Positions 1 to 9,666 of a stretch of 64,000 nt of DNA are shown here, one piece after another (positions within the stretch are counted from its first letter, which is position 1; each line of letters opens with the position of its first letter). The notes below the pieces were generated by a model. That model did not search any database. It worked only from the letters and a program-made list of their open reading frames with translations, and was not told the origin of the DNA. This DNA comes from Candidatus Hadarchaeota archaeon (GTDB lineage Archaea > CAYQAE01 > CAYVLA01): positions 104,496 through 168,495 of the forward strand of contig CAZUNO010000001.1 in NCBI GenBank assembly GCA_964621445.1. Reading direction: 5' to 3'. A program made the position numbers and the translations under genes.

Positions 1-309
1 TTCCTCCGGGCTTTGGTTGCCCCTCGAGCTGTTTTATCGACGGACGCGCTTGGGGATAGCTGGGCGAATCCCTTGGGTACGCAGGAGGTTTTTCGGGCTT
101 CACAGGTGGTTTTTGATTGGCTAGGTGTAGGTCAGAAAAATGCCCTTCACTTTCGAGAGGGGGGACATGAACATAGTTCAAAGGACTGGTATGCTCTTTT
201 GGACTTCGCTGATTATTTGTTCCAGGGTAAAGATGAGGATCGTCCATCAGAATTCAATAGGCTTCCCTTTCCAGAAAGGTCATCATTTGATTGGTCAGCA
301 CCTGAATGA
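1..309 (+). CDS. CE15-like (glucuronoyl/acetylxylan esterase) alpha/beta hydrolase, C-terminal part, truncated by window edge
   Basis: Frame open from base 1; 'LVAPR...D.WANPLG...REGGH' resembles CE15 C-termini. Confidence 0.65.
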   Translation, partial: FLRALVAPRAVLSTDALGDSWANPLGTQEVFRASQVVFDWLGVGQKNALHFREGGHEHSSKDWYALLDFADYLFQGKDEDRPSEFNRLPFPERSSFDWSAPE

Positions 310-405
310 AATTGAGCGGGAATCTAAGTAACAAAGGATCTGGGGCCATACACCGTATAATGGAGGCCACAATCAGTTTTTTAATACTGGATTCCTTTAT
401 GCCCT

Positions 406-1572
406 ATGGAATCCAGTGTCCTTAAGGAGCAAATTCTAAAAGAATTGTGGGAAACTCCCCTTTTTGATGTACATAGTCATTTTTGTAGTCAAGGTGATCG
501 GGTTGATAATCTGGACGATTACATTCTAGGTTGGAGCCAACCTGAGGTCGAGCCCCCCACTACTTCTGAAGACCAGAAGCGAAGATGGTTTTCTTCGAGA
601 TTTCGGTACAAGAGGTCTCTATGGTTTTGCCGTGCATTCTCCTCGGCAATCAAGGATCTATATGAAACAAAAGATGCCGAAGAAATCGCTCGGAGGATGA
701 ACGAATTACGCCAAAAAGGGTTAATCGGTTCTATGAAGTGGATGAAAGAGAAGGCAAATGTGGAATTTCTGGTCATCGATTCAAATCCAGAACTGGCTCG
801 AAAAGTTGATTGGGTTTTTTCCACCTACAGGCTGGATTTCAGTTTACTGGGTGGAGAGCAGTTCAATCTGGAGGAAGGTATGCGTGGTCTCGAGGAGAGA
901 ATTACCGAACTCAAGAAAGAAGGGGCGATATCCTGTATTAAGGTTCCAATTGCATATGACCGATCACTATACATGGAAGAGGTAAGCAGGGAGGAAGCTG
1001 GGGTAATTTCCTCCGGTGATCCAAGAAAAAGATCGGAAGAGGAACGTAAGAAGCTTGAGAATTATATCTACCGTTATCTATTCAGAAAGGCCGGCTCTTG
1101 GAATATGCCCGTTGAGATACATACAGGATTTGGGTGGGCCATTCATAAGCGTCCTCTTAGGTTATCCGAGGCGGACCCGGAGAATCTCCTTCCCGTTTTC
1201 GAGGATCCCGATTTTGGAAGCACCAATTTCATACTCTTCCACGGGGGATATCCTTTTCTTAGCAAGACGGGATATTTGGCGGCTAGCTTCTCGAACGTAT
1301 TTCTGGATTTCACCTGTCTTTGTCCGGAAAGCAGAAACGTTTTGATACGTGGACTTCATGAGTGGTTGGATATCGTTCCCATGGACAGGATTGTTGCCGG
1401 AAGCGATGGCAGTTATGAGTGGCTGTATTTTGCAGCTAGATGCAATAGGGAGGCCCTAGCCTCCGTGTTGGCCGATAAGGTATCGGGTGGCTTCATGTCG
1501 ATGGATTTAGCACTCGAAATGGGTAGGAGAATACTTAGAGATAATGCATATACCTTGTTTGACTTGAAGTGA
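406..1572 (+). CDS. Amidohydrolase family (amidohydro_2) metal-dependent TIM-barrel protein
   Basis: DVHSH (HxH), EIHTG, FHGGYP, GSDG motifs. Confidence 0.85.
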   Translation: MESSVLKEQILKELWETPLFDVHSHFCSQGDRVDNLDDYILGWSQPEVEPPTTSEDQKRRWFSSRFRYKRSLWFCRAFSSAIKDLYETKDAEEIARRMNELRQKGLIGSMKWMKEKANVEFLVIDSNPELARKVDWVFSTYRLDFSLLGGEQFNLEEGMRGLEERITELKKEGAISCIKVPIAYDRSLYMEEVSREEAGVISSGDPRKRSEEERKKLENYIYRYLFRKAGSWNMPVEIHTGFGWAIHKRPLRLSEADPENLLPVFEDPDFGSTNFILFHGGYPFLSKTGYLAASFSNVFLDFTCLCPESRNVLIRGLHEWLDIVPMDRIVAGSDGSYEWLYFAARCNREALASVLADKVSGGFMSMDLALEMGRRILRDNAYTLFDLK

Positions 1573-1595
1573 GCCAAGAGATTATTTTGCATGAA

Positions 1596-1967
1596 TTATT
1601 CCTGATCGAGATTGACGGACATGAAGACCAAGATTAGTTCGCCTTCCCCTGTGTTCTTTATGGAATGGGGTTGGTTTCTGGGTATGAAGACGTAAGACCC
1701 CTTGATGACGAAGTGGGTTCTATCGCCGAGGGTGACTTCGCCTTGGCCGCTTATGATGAAATAACCTTGTTCGCAATGGGAGTGTACGTTGGTTACCGAA
1801 TGACCACCTTCTTGGTAGCGGTGGATATCCAGAGAAAGCCTCCTGGTACCTTTTTTCGCTCCCAGGCATTCATGGGATAGTAGGTCCCTATGGGATCCCC
1901 CGGCCACTATTGGGTCAATATCCCGGTAGTCATTTATGTGAACGACGTCCTCCTCGTCCGGCCCCAT
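1596..1967 (-). CDS. Cupin domain protein
   Basis: HSHxxEQGYFIISGxG and IPxNxPHSIxN cupin motifs. Confidence 0.85.
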   Translation of the reverse strand: MGPDEEDVVHINDYRDIDPIVAGGSHRDLLSHECLGAKKGTRRLSLDIHRYQEGGHSVTNVHSHCEQGYFIISGQGEVTLGDRTHFVIKGSYVFIPRNQPHSIKNTGEGELILVFMSVNLDQE

Positions 1968-2059
1968 GACGGGGTGGCTGAAATGCTCCTATAGAAATGC
2001 TACAAAATAGGAATATGAAAAAGGAACAATCTTATCAATTTTTCATGAAAAACGACAAC

Positions 2060-2097
2060 CTTATAAGTTTGTCTTGCTTTGTATTACAACACTTGTA
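2060..2097 (+). promoter_or_regulatory. TATA box plus overlapping inverted repeats; candidate autoregulatory operator of the RHH gene
   Basis: CTTATAAG at 2060-2067; TTGTA-T-TACAA at 2079-2089; TACAA-CAC-TTGTA at 2085-2097. Confidence 0.45.
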
Positions 2098-2133
2098 TTT
2101 GGATACTTTTAGAATCCAAATGCTTAACGGTAG

Positions 2134-2328
2134 ATGATAATTATGGCCAAAACAATATGCCTTCGGATGGATGAGGAAACTATGGAGACCCTGGAGAAGG
2201 CTGCAGAGCATAGAAGGGAGAATATATCCGTATTCGTGAGGCGTGCAATTATGAGGGAGCTTGCTCGCCTCGGCTATATGAGCGAGGAAGAGACTAAGGC
2301 CATTCTTTGGTGGAAAGAGGGCCAGTGA
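2134..2328 (+). CDS. Ribbon-helix-helix (CopG-like) DNA-binding protein
   Basis: Beta strand 'KTICLRMD' then two helices '...LEKAAE...ISVFVRRAI'. Confidence 0.8.
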   Translation: MIIMAKTICLRMDEETMETLEKAAEHRRENISVFVRRAIMRELARLGYMSEEETKAILWWKEGQ

Positions 2329-2420
2329 ATCCTGCTGCAACTTTTTTTGGGCAAATGAGCCTTTTTCCTCTAGGACATTGAAAGGTCTAATGTCGTGTTT
2401 AGTATCTCCTATAATAATGG

Positions 2421-2485
2421 GAAGCATTTATAACAACGTTATACGGCATTAGACTTAGTTGAATGCTGTTAAACAGAATTCAACT
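2421..2485 (+). promoter_or_regulatory. BRE/TATA promoter of the hydrogenase operon with two palindromes
   Basis: Purine-rich stretch then TTTATAA at 2427-2433; TATAAC-N3-GTTATA at 2429-2443; AGTTGAATgCTGTT-A-AACAGaATTCAACT at 2457-2485. Confidence 0.5.
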
Positions 2486-2603
2486 CTTTCCGCCCGAAAC
2501 GGGTGGTCTGTGCTATTTCTCTAGGCAACCCATGACGTCTGGAGTTAGCAGTGGTGCAAGAAATACCAAAGGGATCATTTCCGGATAAGGAGAGGCAAAT
2601 CCG

Positions 2604-3173
2604 ATGCAGAAAGCCGTTCTAAAATCCCGTAACGTGCGAACATCAAGATCCTTTTCAGAGGGGGTAGGTCAGATTGGCGCGACCCTGGAGGAAGATCTTG
2701 AAGAAAAAATGCCCGGGGAGGAAGAGATCTTCACCATTAAGAAGATTCTGGATTCTCGAGACAAATCGAAATCATCATTGATGAAGGTCCTTCATGAAGT
2801 TCAGAGCAGGATGGGTTATATCGCTCCTTGGGCCCAGAAAATGATAGCTAGAGAGATGAAGATGTCCTTCAGTGAGGTCCACGGGGTTGTCAGCTTCTAC
2901 AATTTTTTCTCTCAGAGACCGAAGGGACGCCATACAATACAGCTTTGTCAGGGAACGGCTTGCTACGTAAGAGGTGGAAAACTCATCATGGATCAACTCC
3001 GTAGGGAGCTAGATGTGAAGCCGGGTGAAACGACCAAGAATGGGAGATTTTCATTGGAAGTTGTAAGATGCCTTGGCTGTTGTGGGTTGGCGCCAGTTAT
3101 GACCGTGGATGGGGACGTATACCGGAAGGTTAATCCCGAAAAGGTAAAGTCAATTCTGGAGGACTACGAGTAG
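2604..3173 (+). CDS. hoxE: NuoE-like [2Fe-2S] subunit (HydC/HoxE); alternative start at 2709
   Basis: CQGTAC...CLGCC thioredoxin-like 2Fe-2S motif. Confidence 0.9.
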   Translation: MQKAVLKSRNVRTSRSFSEGVGQIGATLEEDLEEKMPGEEEIFTIKKILDSRDKSKSSLMKVLHEVQSRMGYIAPWAQKMIAREMKMSFSEVHGVVSFYNFFSQRPKGRHTIQLCQGTACYVRGGKLIMDQLRRELDVKPGETTKNGRFSLEVVRCLGCCGLAPVMTVDGDVYRKVNPEKVKSILEDYE

Positions 3174-3198
3174 GTCATCCAGATGAAGAGGTCGACGG

Positions 3199-4881
3199 AT
3201 GAACCCAAATGGTAGGGTTGACAGTTTAAGCGAGCTTGATAATCTCTCCGATAGATGTCGAAAGGAGATACAGAGGCGTGGACAAGTCCGTCAAGTATTA
3301 ATTCACATGGGAACCTGCGGCATCGCCTCGGGGTCAGAATCCGTCAAATCCTTTCTACACGGCCATTTTCAGGATCAGGAAGAGAGGATCGCACTTCTGG
3401 AAACGGGCTGTTACGGTGCCTGTCACCTGGAGCCCATGATAACGGTAATTGAAAGCGATGGAGCTAGAACCGTTTACGGTAATCTGAATCAGCAAAAGCT
3501 CGAGAGGATTTACAGCGATCACCTCCTAGGGGGTGACGTGGTCCTGGATCTTGTGGAGGATCTGAACCATCCGTTCTATCAGAAGCAGGTGAAAAGGGTC
3601 ACCGAGTTACTCGGTCTTATAGATCCGTGTAATATTCGCGATTATTTAGGTAGAGGCGGCTACTCCGGCCTGGCCAGAGCCCTGTCAATGGAACCGGGTG
3701 AGGTCATTCAAGAAATAAAGAATTCCGGATTGAGAGGCCGCGGGGGAGCGGGTTTCCCCACGGGTTTGAAGTGGTCTTTCGCGGCTCAAGCAAGCGGAGA
3801 TAGTAAATATGTAGTTTGTAACGCCGATGAGGGGGATCCCGGTGCATACATGGATCGGGCAATAATTGAAGGAAATCCGCATTTAGTGATTGAAGGACTG
3901 GCAATTGCTGCCCATTCCATTGGCGCAAACAAGGGATATGTGTACATAAGGGCGGAATATCCCTTAGCAGTTAGGATACTGGATAAGGCTATCGAACAAG
4001 CAAGGAGGGTAGGCCTGCTGGGACGGGATATCGCCGGGTCAGGATTCAACTTTGATATCGAGATATATCTGGGTGCAGGGGCTTTCGTGTGTGGTGAGGA
4101 AACCGCGCTTATAGCTTCAATTGAAGGAAAACGTGGTAACCCTAGGCCCAAACCTCCATATCCGGCAAATAATGGTCTATTTGGAAAACCAACGAACGTG
4201 AATAACGTAAAAACGCTGTCCAACGTCTCCCTGATATTGAGAAAGGGGGCTGACTGGTTTACTCAGGTCGGAACTGAGAAAAGTAAGGGCACCAAGATTT
4301 TCTCGATAACCGGGAAGATAAGAAGAACCGGATTAATCGAGGTGCCCCTTGGGATAACCCTGAAGGAAGTCATTTTCGAGATAGGAGGAGGTATCCCTGG
4401 AGATAGGGAGTTCAAGGCCGTCCAGCTTGGTGGTCCATCCGGAGGTTGTATACCGGCTAAATACGTAGAAACTCCCATAGACTATGTCGAAATAGAGGCC
4501 CTGGGGGCCATAATGGGCTCTGGCGGCATGATTGTCATGGACGAGGATTCTTGTATGCCGGATATTGCCAGGTTTTTCACAGAATTTACGCAACAGGAAT
4601 CATGCGGTAAGTGTACTCCATGTAGGGCTGGCATACCCCCAATGTTGAGGATACTAAAGGGGATCCTGGATGGGAAAGGTTCGATGGAGGATCTCGGGCA
4701 GCTTGAGTATCTCGGGGAGATGATAAAGGAATCTTCCCTTTGTGGTCTTGGACAGACTGCCCCCAATCCTGTTCTCAGTACCATACGCCATTTCAGACAG
4801 GAATATGTCGATCTGATAAGAAGCGGAAAACGGGTAGCAAGGCAGAGGACCGTCAGAGACGGTGAATGGGTTTTTGGTTGA
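3199..4881 (+). CDS. hoxF: NuoF-like FMN/NADH-binding diaphorase subunit (HydB/HoxF)
   Basis: GLRGRGGAGFPTGLKW, NADEGDPG, GEETAL, ESCGKCTPCR, SLCGLG. Confidence 0.93.
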   Translation: MNPNGRVDSLSELDNLSDRCRKEIQRRGQVRQVLIHMGTCGIASGSESVKSFLHGHFQDQEERIALLETGCYGACHLEPMITVIESDGARTVYGNLNQQKLERIYSDHLLGGDVVLDLVEDLNHPFYQKQVKRVTELLGLIDPCNIRDYLGRGGYSGLARALSMEPGEVIQEIKNSGLRGRGGAGFPTGLKWSFAAQASGDSKYVVCNADEGDPGAYMDRAIIEGNPHLVIEGLAIAAHSIGANKGYVYIRAEYPLAVRILDKAIEQARRVGLLGRDIAGSGFNFDIEIYLGAGAFVCGEETALIASIEGKRGNPRPKPPYPANNGLFGKPTNVNNVKTLSNVSLILRKGADWFTQVGTEKSKGTKIFSITGKIRRTGLIEVPLGITLKEVIFEIGGGIPGDREFKAVQLGGPSGGCIPAKYVETPIDYVEIEALGAIMGSGGMIVMDEDSCMPDIARFFTEFTQQESCGKCTPCRAGIPPMLRILKGILDGKGSMEDLGQLEYLGEMIKESSLCGLGQTAPNPVLSTIRHFRQEYVDLIRSGKRVARQRTVRDGEWVFG

Positions 4882-6845
4882 TTACGATGGAGGAAATCGG
4901 GTTAGAAGTAGACGGCAAGGCAGTTTCTGGCCAAAATGGGTCTACGATCCTTGAAATTTGCCAGAAGAATGACATTTACATCCCAACTTTATGCCATCTA
5001 GAGGGGCTAACCAGCTACGGTGGGTGCCGTCTATGCCTGGTGGAAGTCAAGGATCAGGGAATGGTTCCCGGCTGCACGACACCTGTATCCGATGGAATGA
5101 AAATAAAGACGAGGGGAAGAAAACTTGCTGATTACAGGAAAACTATCCTTGAACTCCTTCTAAGCGAGAGAAACCATTTCTGTTTCATGTGTGAAAAGAG
5201 CGGCGACTGTGAACTACAGTCCCTCTGTTATGAGTTTGGAATAGATCACTCACGGTTCCCACCAGCCTTTCCATCCCTCGCCGTGGATACCAGCGTGGGA
5301 GACATGGTTGTGGATAATAATAGGTGCATACTTTGTGGAAGATGCATTAGGGTTTGTTCAGAGATCATCGGTAACAATACCTTGGGATTCATCAATCGGG
5401 GGTCAGATACGGTCATAGATGAACCCGATCTTTTGCCCCTTGAGGAGTCGAATTGCGTAAAATGTGGTGCATGTATTGAGGTCTGTCCCACTGGAGCCAT
5501 ATTTGGCACGCTAAGCAGCTACAGAGGGCGTGAAGAGGAATGCGAGGTGTTAACCACCACATGCCAGGAGTGTCCAATGGCTTGCAAGCTTAAGGTATTT
5601 GTAAAGGACCAGAACATCATAAAGGTTTGCGGGGGCGGTCTTGGTGAAAGATACGGGGGGCAGCTCTGCGAAAAGGGCAGATTCCATCTTCTTCTTGATT
5701 CCGGTAGCCGGATCCAAAATCCCAGCATCAATAAGGACGGGAGAAAGCTTGATTGTGACATGTCAACCGCCATAGCGCGCGCGGCTAAGGGTCTCTCCCG
5801 GTGGTCTGGGAATTCGGGCCAGTTAGCAATTATTGCATCACCTCGATGTACCAATGAGACTTTCAAGAAGCTGGCAGAACTCTCGATCGAACTTGGAGCA
5901 AGTAAAATAATCCTTCTTGAGCCGTGCCTCAGTGTTCTCAGCTGGAAAATTATGGAAGATGAAAGGAAGGGGGATACCGTATCTGGGTTTGGAATTGAGG
6001 ACATCTCGTCTGCAGACACCATCCTGCTATTGGGCCTTGGCCCGGATGAGCCACATCAGATCATAGCCTCGGAAATAAGGAAGGCCCTGAATCATGGTGG
6101 AAGTCTAGTTAGTATAGGGCGCATGGAACATGTCTTGACCGAGAGAGCCGATCTTGATATTCGGCTTCTAGAGGGGGATTTTGCAGGCCTAATGGATTGT
6201 CTGGCACCGGTGGTTGAGTTCGCAAGGACCGGGAAGGTCTCCGAAGCGGAAAAGGCCGCCAGCCGAACGGCCAGGTGCTCCGGCTTAAGCGTGGAGGACA
6301 TATTCGCTCTTACGGAATATCTAAAGGCGGGATCAAGGGTGGCAGTTATTGCTGGCCAGGAAATCGAATGTGATCGTGCACTCCTGAAATCCATTGTCAG
6401 GCTAGCGGCTTCTTTCAGGGAAAGCGAGGAGGAAGATACTCCCATAATTTGGCTTCGTCAGGGGGGAAATGCTGCGGGAGCTCTTAGTTACCTCGGTGGG
6501 CTTGGAGTTAAGGGGACCCCTGTCGATGTCAGTAGCATAAGAGCTGCGTATGCCTTATTGGCCGATGATGATGCCAAAAAGATGAAAAGGCTGGGCCTGG
6601 ACCCGGATTTCCTGGTATACCATGGATCTTTTGAATCCGAACTTAGCCAAGATGCAGACGTGGTAATACCCTCCAAGACGTGGTGTACTAGATCAGGGAC
6701 CGTTTTTGATTTGGATGGCAAAAAGAGGATCATAAGTCCGGTGGTTGATGACTTTGCCGATGATGTCCCCCAGGATGATAGGGTACTGGAACGTTTGAAG
6801 GAGATGTTAGTATCCGATCAAACAGAAAGGGGGAAGATCGATTGA
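4866..6845 (+). CDS. hoxU: NuoG-like multi-FeS subunit (long HoxU/HydA) with cofactor-less molybdopterin-oxidoreductase fold
   Basis: 2Fe-2S (IPTLC..GGCRLC..C), HxCxxCxxxxxC, two CxxCxxCxxxC, plus TTCQECPMAC...LCEKG. Confidence 0.85.
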   Translation: MGFWLITMEEIGLEVDGKAVSGQNGSTILEICQKNDIYIPTLCHLEGLTSYGGCRLCLVEVKDQGMVPGCTTPVSDGMKIKTRGRKLADYRKTILELLLSERNHFCFMCEKSGDCELQSLCYEFGIDHSRFPPAFPSLAVDTSVGDMVVDNNRCILCGRCIRVCSEIIGNNTLGFINRGSDTVIDEPDLLPLEESNCVKCGACIEVCPTGAIFGTLSSYRGREEECEVLTTTCQECPMACKLKVFVKDQNIIKVCGGGLGERYGGQLCEKGRFHLLLDSGSRIQNPSINKDGRKLDCDMSTAIARAAKGLSRWSGNSGQLAIIASPRCTNETFKKLAELSIELGASKIILLEPCLSVLSWKIMEDERKGDTVSGFGIEDISSADTILLLGLGPDEPHQIIASEIRKALNHGGSLVSIGRMEHVLTERADLDIRLLEGDFAGLMDCLAPVVEFARTGKVSEAEKAASRTARCSGLSVEDIFALTEYLKAGSRVAVIAGQEIECDRALLKSIVRLAASFRESEEEDTPIIWLRQGGNAAGALSYLGGLGVKGTPVDVSSIRAAYALLADDDAKKMKRLGLDPDFLVYHGSFESELSQDADVVIPSKTWCTRSGTVFDLDGKKRIISPVVDDFADDVPQDDRVLERLKEMLVSDQTERGKID

Positions 6846-7402
6846 AAAAATGGAGAATAGCCACTGCCTGGCTTGGAGGTTGTTCCGGCTGTCACATGTC
6901 TTTGTTGAATATTGATGATGTCTTCATTGATTTAGCCGGGAAAGTTGAATTCGTCAAGAGCCCAATCGTTGATATGAAGAATTTCGATGAATGCGATATA
7001 GCTATCGTGGAGGGAGCCGTGGCAGATGAGGATGATTTGCGAGAGCTGAAGGAAATGAGGGAAAAATCGGAGACCCTAATCGCTCTCGGTGATTGTGCCG
7101 TATTTGGGGGTATGACCGCTTTTCGGAATCTATTTGAAAAGGACGAGGTGTTGAGAAGGGGATACGTGGAAACGGAAACCACAAAAAAAGGAAGAATCCC
7201 GAAAGGGAAAGATGTGCCCGGGCTACTGGATCAGGCGGAGCCCCTTGGTGCCCATGTCAAGGTAGATCTCTACATACCAGGTTGCCCTCCAGATGCAGAA
7301 TCCATATCCTTCGTGTTGATGAACCTAATAGAGGGAAAGATGGCTTCCCTTCCGCCGAAAATGATACACTTTGATTCTAAGAGAAGACTCCGGAGGACCT
7401 GA
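6842..7402 (+). CDS. hoxY: [NiFe]-hydrogenase group 3d small subunit
   Basis: WLGGCSGCHMS, GDCA, PGCPP; short single-cluster form. Confidence 0.92.
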   Translation: MKKWRIATAWLGGCSGCHMSLLNIDDVFIDLAGKVEFVKSPIVDMKNFDECDIAIVEGAVADEDDLRELKEMREKSETLIALGDCAVFGGMTAFRNLFEKDEVLRRGYVETETTKKGRIPKGKDVPGLLDQAEPLGAHVKVDLYIPGCPPDAESISFVLMNLIEGKMASLPPKMIHFDSKRRLRRT

Positions 7403-7404
7403 AT

Positions 7405-8832
7405 ATGCAAGATGAGACGGAAATCAAGATAGACCCTGTCACCAGAGTGGAAGGCCACGGAAAGATTACCGTTGAGTTGGACGAAGATGGTTCCGCTAAA
7501 AAAGCAAGATTCCACGTGACCCAGTATCGAGGATTTGAGAAGTTTTGTGAAGGCAGGCCATTCTGGGAAATGCCCTCAATCACCGCACGTATTTGCGGAA
7601 TATGCAGTATAAGCCATGGAATAGCATCCGCCAAGGCCTGTGATGGAGTGATGGGCGTTGAAATCACGGAAAGCGCAGAAAAATTGAGGAGACTGCTGCA
7701 GGCCGGTGAGATAATACAGTCACATGCCCTCCATTTCTTCTATCTAGCGAGCCCCGATCTCCTTTTTGGTCTGGAATCCGATCCAGCGACGAGAAATATA
7801 GTTGGAGTAATCGATGAAAGACCTGACCTGGCTAAGATGGGTATAGGACTCAGGAAATTTGGACAAATGATATTCCAAAAACTCAGTGGAGGCCGAATTC
7901 ATATCGATTATCCGGTTGCTGGCGGGGTAAATGCCTCGATGTCAGAGGAAGGTCGTGAATACCTAAGGCGAGAAGTCGCAAAGCAGATAGATTCGGCAAG
8001 TGCAGGCTTGGATTTGGCCAAGAAGTATTGCTTAGAGGGTGGGAAGGAAACCAAATCATTCGCTCGATTTCCATCCATGTACATGGGATTGGTTAATTCC
8101 TCTGGGAATCTGGAGTTCTACGAGGGGAATATACGTTTGAAGGACACTAACGGAATGTTACTAGAGGAGGCCGGGTCAGAAGAATACGACTCCGTAATTT
8201 CTGAAGCGGTGGAGGATTGGTCCTATCTGAAGTTCCCATACTATTCAAGGAGGGACTACCCCGATGGCATGTACAGAGTTGGTCCCCTGGGAAGATTGAA
8301 TGTTTGTGATGGGATAGATACTCCCCTGGCTTCGGAGGCCCTGGAGGAGTTCCGCGAATGTGGAGATGATCTTCCCATCGACTCGACCATGTTCTATCAC
8401 TGGGCTCGAATGATCGAGACATTGCATTTCGTGGAAAAGGTTCAGCAGCTCCTGGAAGATGACGCGATTACCGGGAAGGATCTAGTTAGGACCTCGAAGC
8501 CAAGGAACCGGGAGGGAATCGGGGTGACCGAGGCCCCAAGAGGGACCCTAATTCACCATTATTGGACTGACTGTAAAGGAGCTATAGAGAGGATAAATCT
8601 GATAGTGGCTACCGGTCACAATAATCTAGCTATGAATAGATCAGTGACCGAGATTGCCAAAAAATACATATCGGATTCTCAGGTTCCCGAAGGTACCCTA
8701 AACAAGCTGGAAGCGGCCATCAGATGTTACGATCCCTGTTTGTCCTGCAGTACACATGCAATAGGCCGGATGCCCCTGAAGCTACAGACCTTTGATTCCC
8801 GAGGAAACCTGGTCGAACAGATCTCCAGATGA
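7405..8832 (+). CDS. hoxH: [NiFe]-hydrogenase group 3d large subunit
   Basis: TRVEGH, L1 RICGIC, EAPRG, L2 DPCLSCSTH followed by a cleavable C-terminal tail. Confidence 0.95.
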   Translation: MQDETEIKIDPVTRVEGHGKITVELDEDGSAKKARFHVTQYRGFEKFCEGRPFWEMPSITARICGICSISHGIASAKACDGVMGVEITESAEKLRRLLQAGEIIQSHALHFFYLASPDLLFGLESDPATRNIVGVIDERPDLAKMGIGLRKFGQMIFQKLSGGRIHIDYPVAGGVNASMSEEGREYLRREVAKQIDSASAGLDLAKKYCLEGGKETKSFARFPSMYMGLVNSSGNLEFYEGNIRLKDTNGMLLEEAGSEEYDSVISEAVEDWSYLKFPYYSRRDYPDGMYRVGPLGRLNVCDGIDTPLASEALEEFRECGDDLPIDSTMFYHWARMIETLHFVEKVQQLLEDDAITGKDLVRTSKPRNREGIGVTEAPRGTLIHHYWTDCKGAIERINLIVATGHNNLAMNRSVTEIAKKYISDSQVPEGTLNKLEAAIRCYDPCLSCSTHAIGRMPLKLQTFDSRGNLVEQISR

Positions 8833-8973
8833 ACAAGCTGTCGAGAGTGCGGCGGTTTGGAATTACAAATTGTCGCGAGTTGGCACCATTAACAATAACG
8901 GAAAGCTTTAAAGTAAGGAATGGGTCCATCAGCCAATCGAAGTTCTTAGTAAACGACTTGGAGAGTTATATGA

Positions 8974-9462
8974 ATGATCGGACAAAAAATGCAGGATGCA
9001 CTGAATGAACAGATAAAGCACGAACTTGAATCTGGTTATCTATATCTGTCCATGGCAACCTACTTTCATGATGCAGGTCTTGATGGAATGGCGAAGTGGA
9101 TGAAGGCCCAGGCTTTGGAAGAACAGGAACATGCCATGAAGATATTTGATCATATAATAGAAAGAGGTGGCAGAGTCAATTTGAAGGCTCTCGCCGAACC
9201 TCAGAAGGAATGGGAATCACCACTGGAGGCCTTCAAGGCCGCTTACGATCATGAGATGTTCATTACCTCAAAGATTGATGAACTCGTAGACCTGGCCAAA
9301 AAGGAGAATGATCATCCCGCTGAGAGTATGCTGGAATGGTTCGTTGATGAACAGGTCGAGGAAGAGGATAGTGCGTCGAGCATCGTCTCACTTTTGGAAC
9401 GGGCAAGTGACTCCGGTAACGGGCTGGTAATGGTTGATCGCGAGCTGGGGAAGAGGGAATAA
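8974..9462 (+). CDS. ftn: Non-heme ferritin
   Basis: ALNEQI..E..S.YLYLSMA, EEQEHA, WFVDEQVEEE ferroxidase residues. Confidence 0.93.
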   Translation: MIGQKMQDALNEQIKHELESGYLYLSMATYFHDAGLDGMAKWMKAQALEEQEHAMKIFDHIIERGGRVNLKALAEPQKEWESPLEAFKAAYDHEMFITSKIDELVDLAKKENDHPAESMLEWFVDEQVEEEDSASSIVSLLERASDSGNGLVMVDRELGKRE

Positions 9463-9495
9463 TTCTCTAGAGCCAAATGATGGAGATGAATTACC

Positions 9496-9660
9496 GTGGA
9501 CAAATACGAATGTACGGTGTGTGGATACGTCTATGACCCAGAAAAAGGCGATCCAGATTCAGGCATAGAGCCCGGTACTCCCTTTAAGGACCTTCCCGAC
9601 GACTGGGTATGCCCGGTTTGTGGCGTTGGAAAGGACGAATTCGAAAAGTTAGAGGACTAG
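9496..9660 (+). CDS. Rubredoxin, 54 aa (not in the ORF track)
   Basis: Manual translation from GTG: [54 protein letters not shown]. Confidence 0.95.
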   Translation: MDKYECTVCGYVYDPEKGDPDSGIEPGTPFKDLPDDWVCPVCGVGKDEFEKLED

Positions 9661-9666
9661 GCCTAA

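Noticed and set aside
2490-2506. GC hairpin as an archaeal SECIS element
   Set aside because: No in-frame TGA in the hydrogenase genes; all metal ligands are Cys
2590-2635. GGCAAA...AAAGCC as a c-di-GMP-I riboswitch
   Set aside because: P2/P3 stems and conserved spacing are missing
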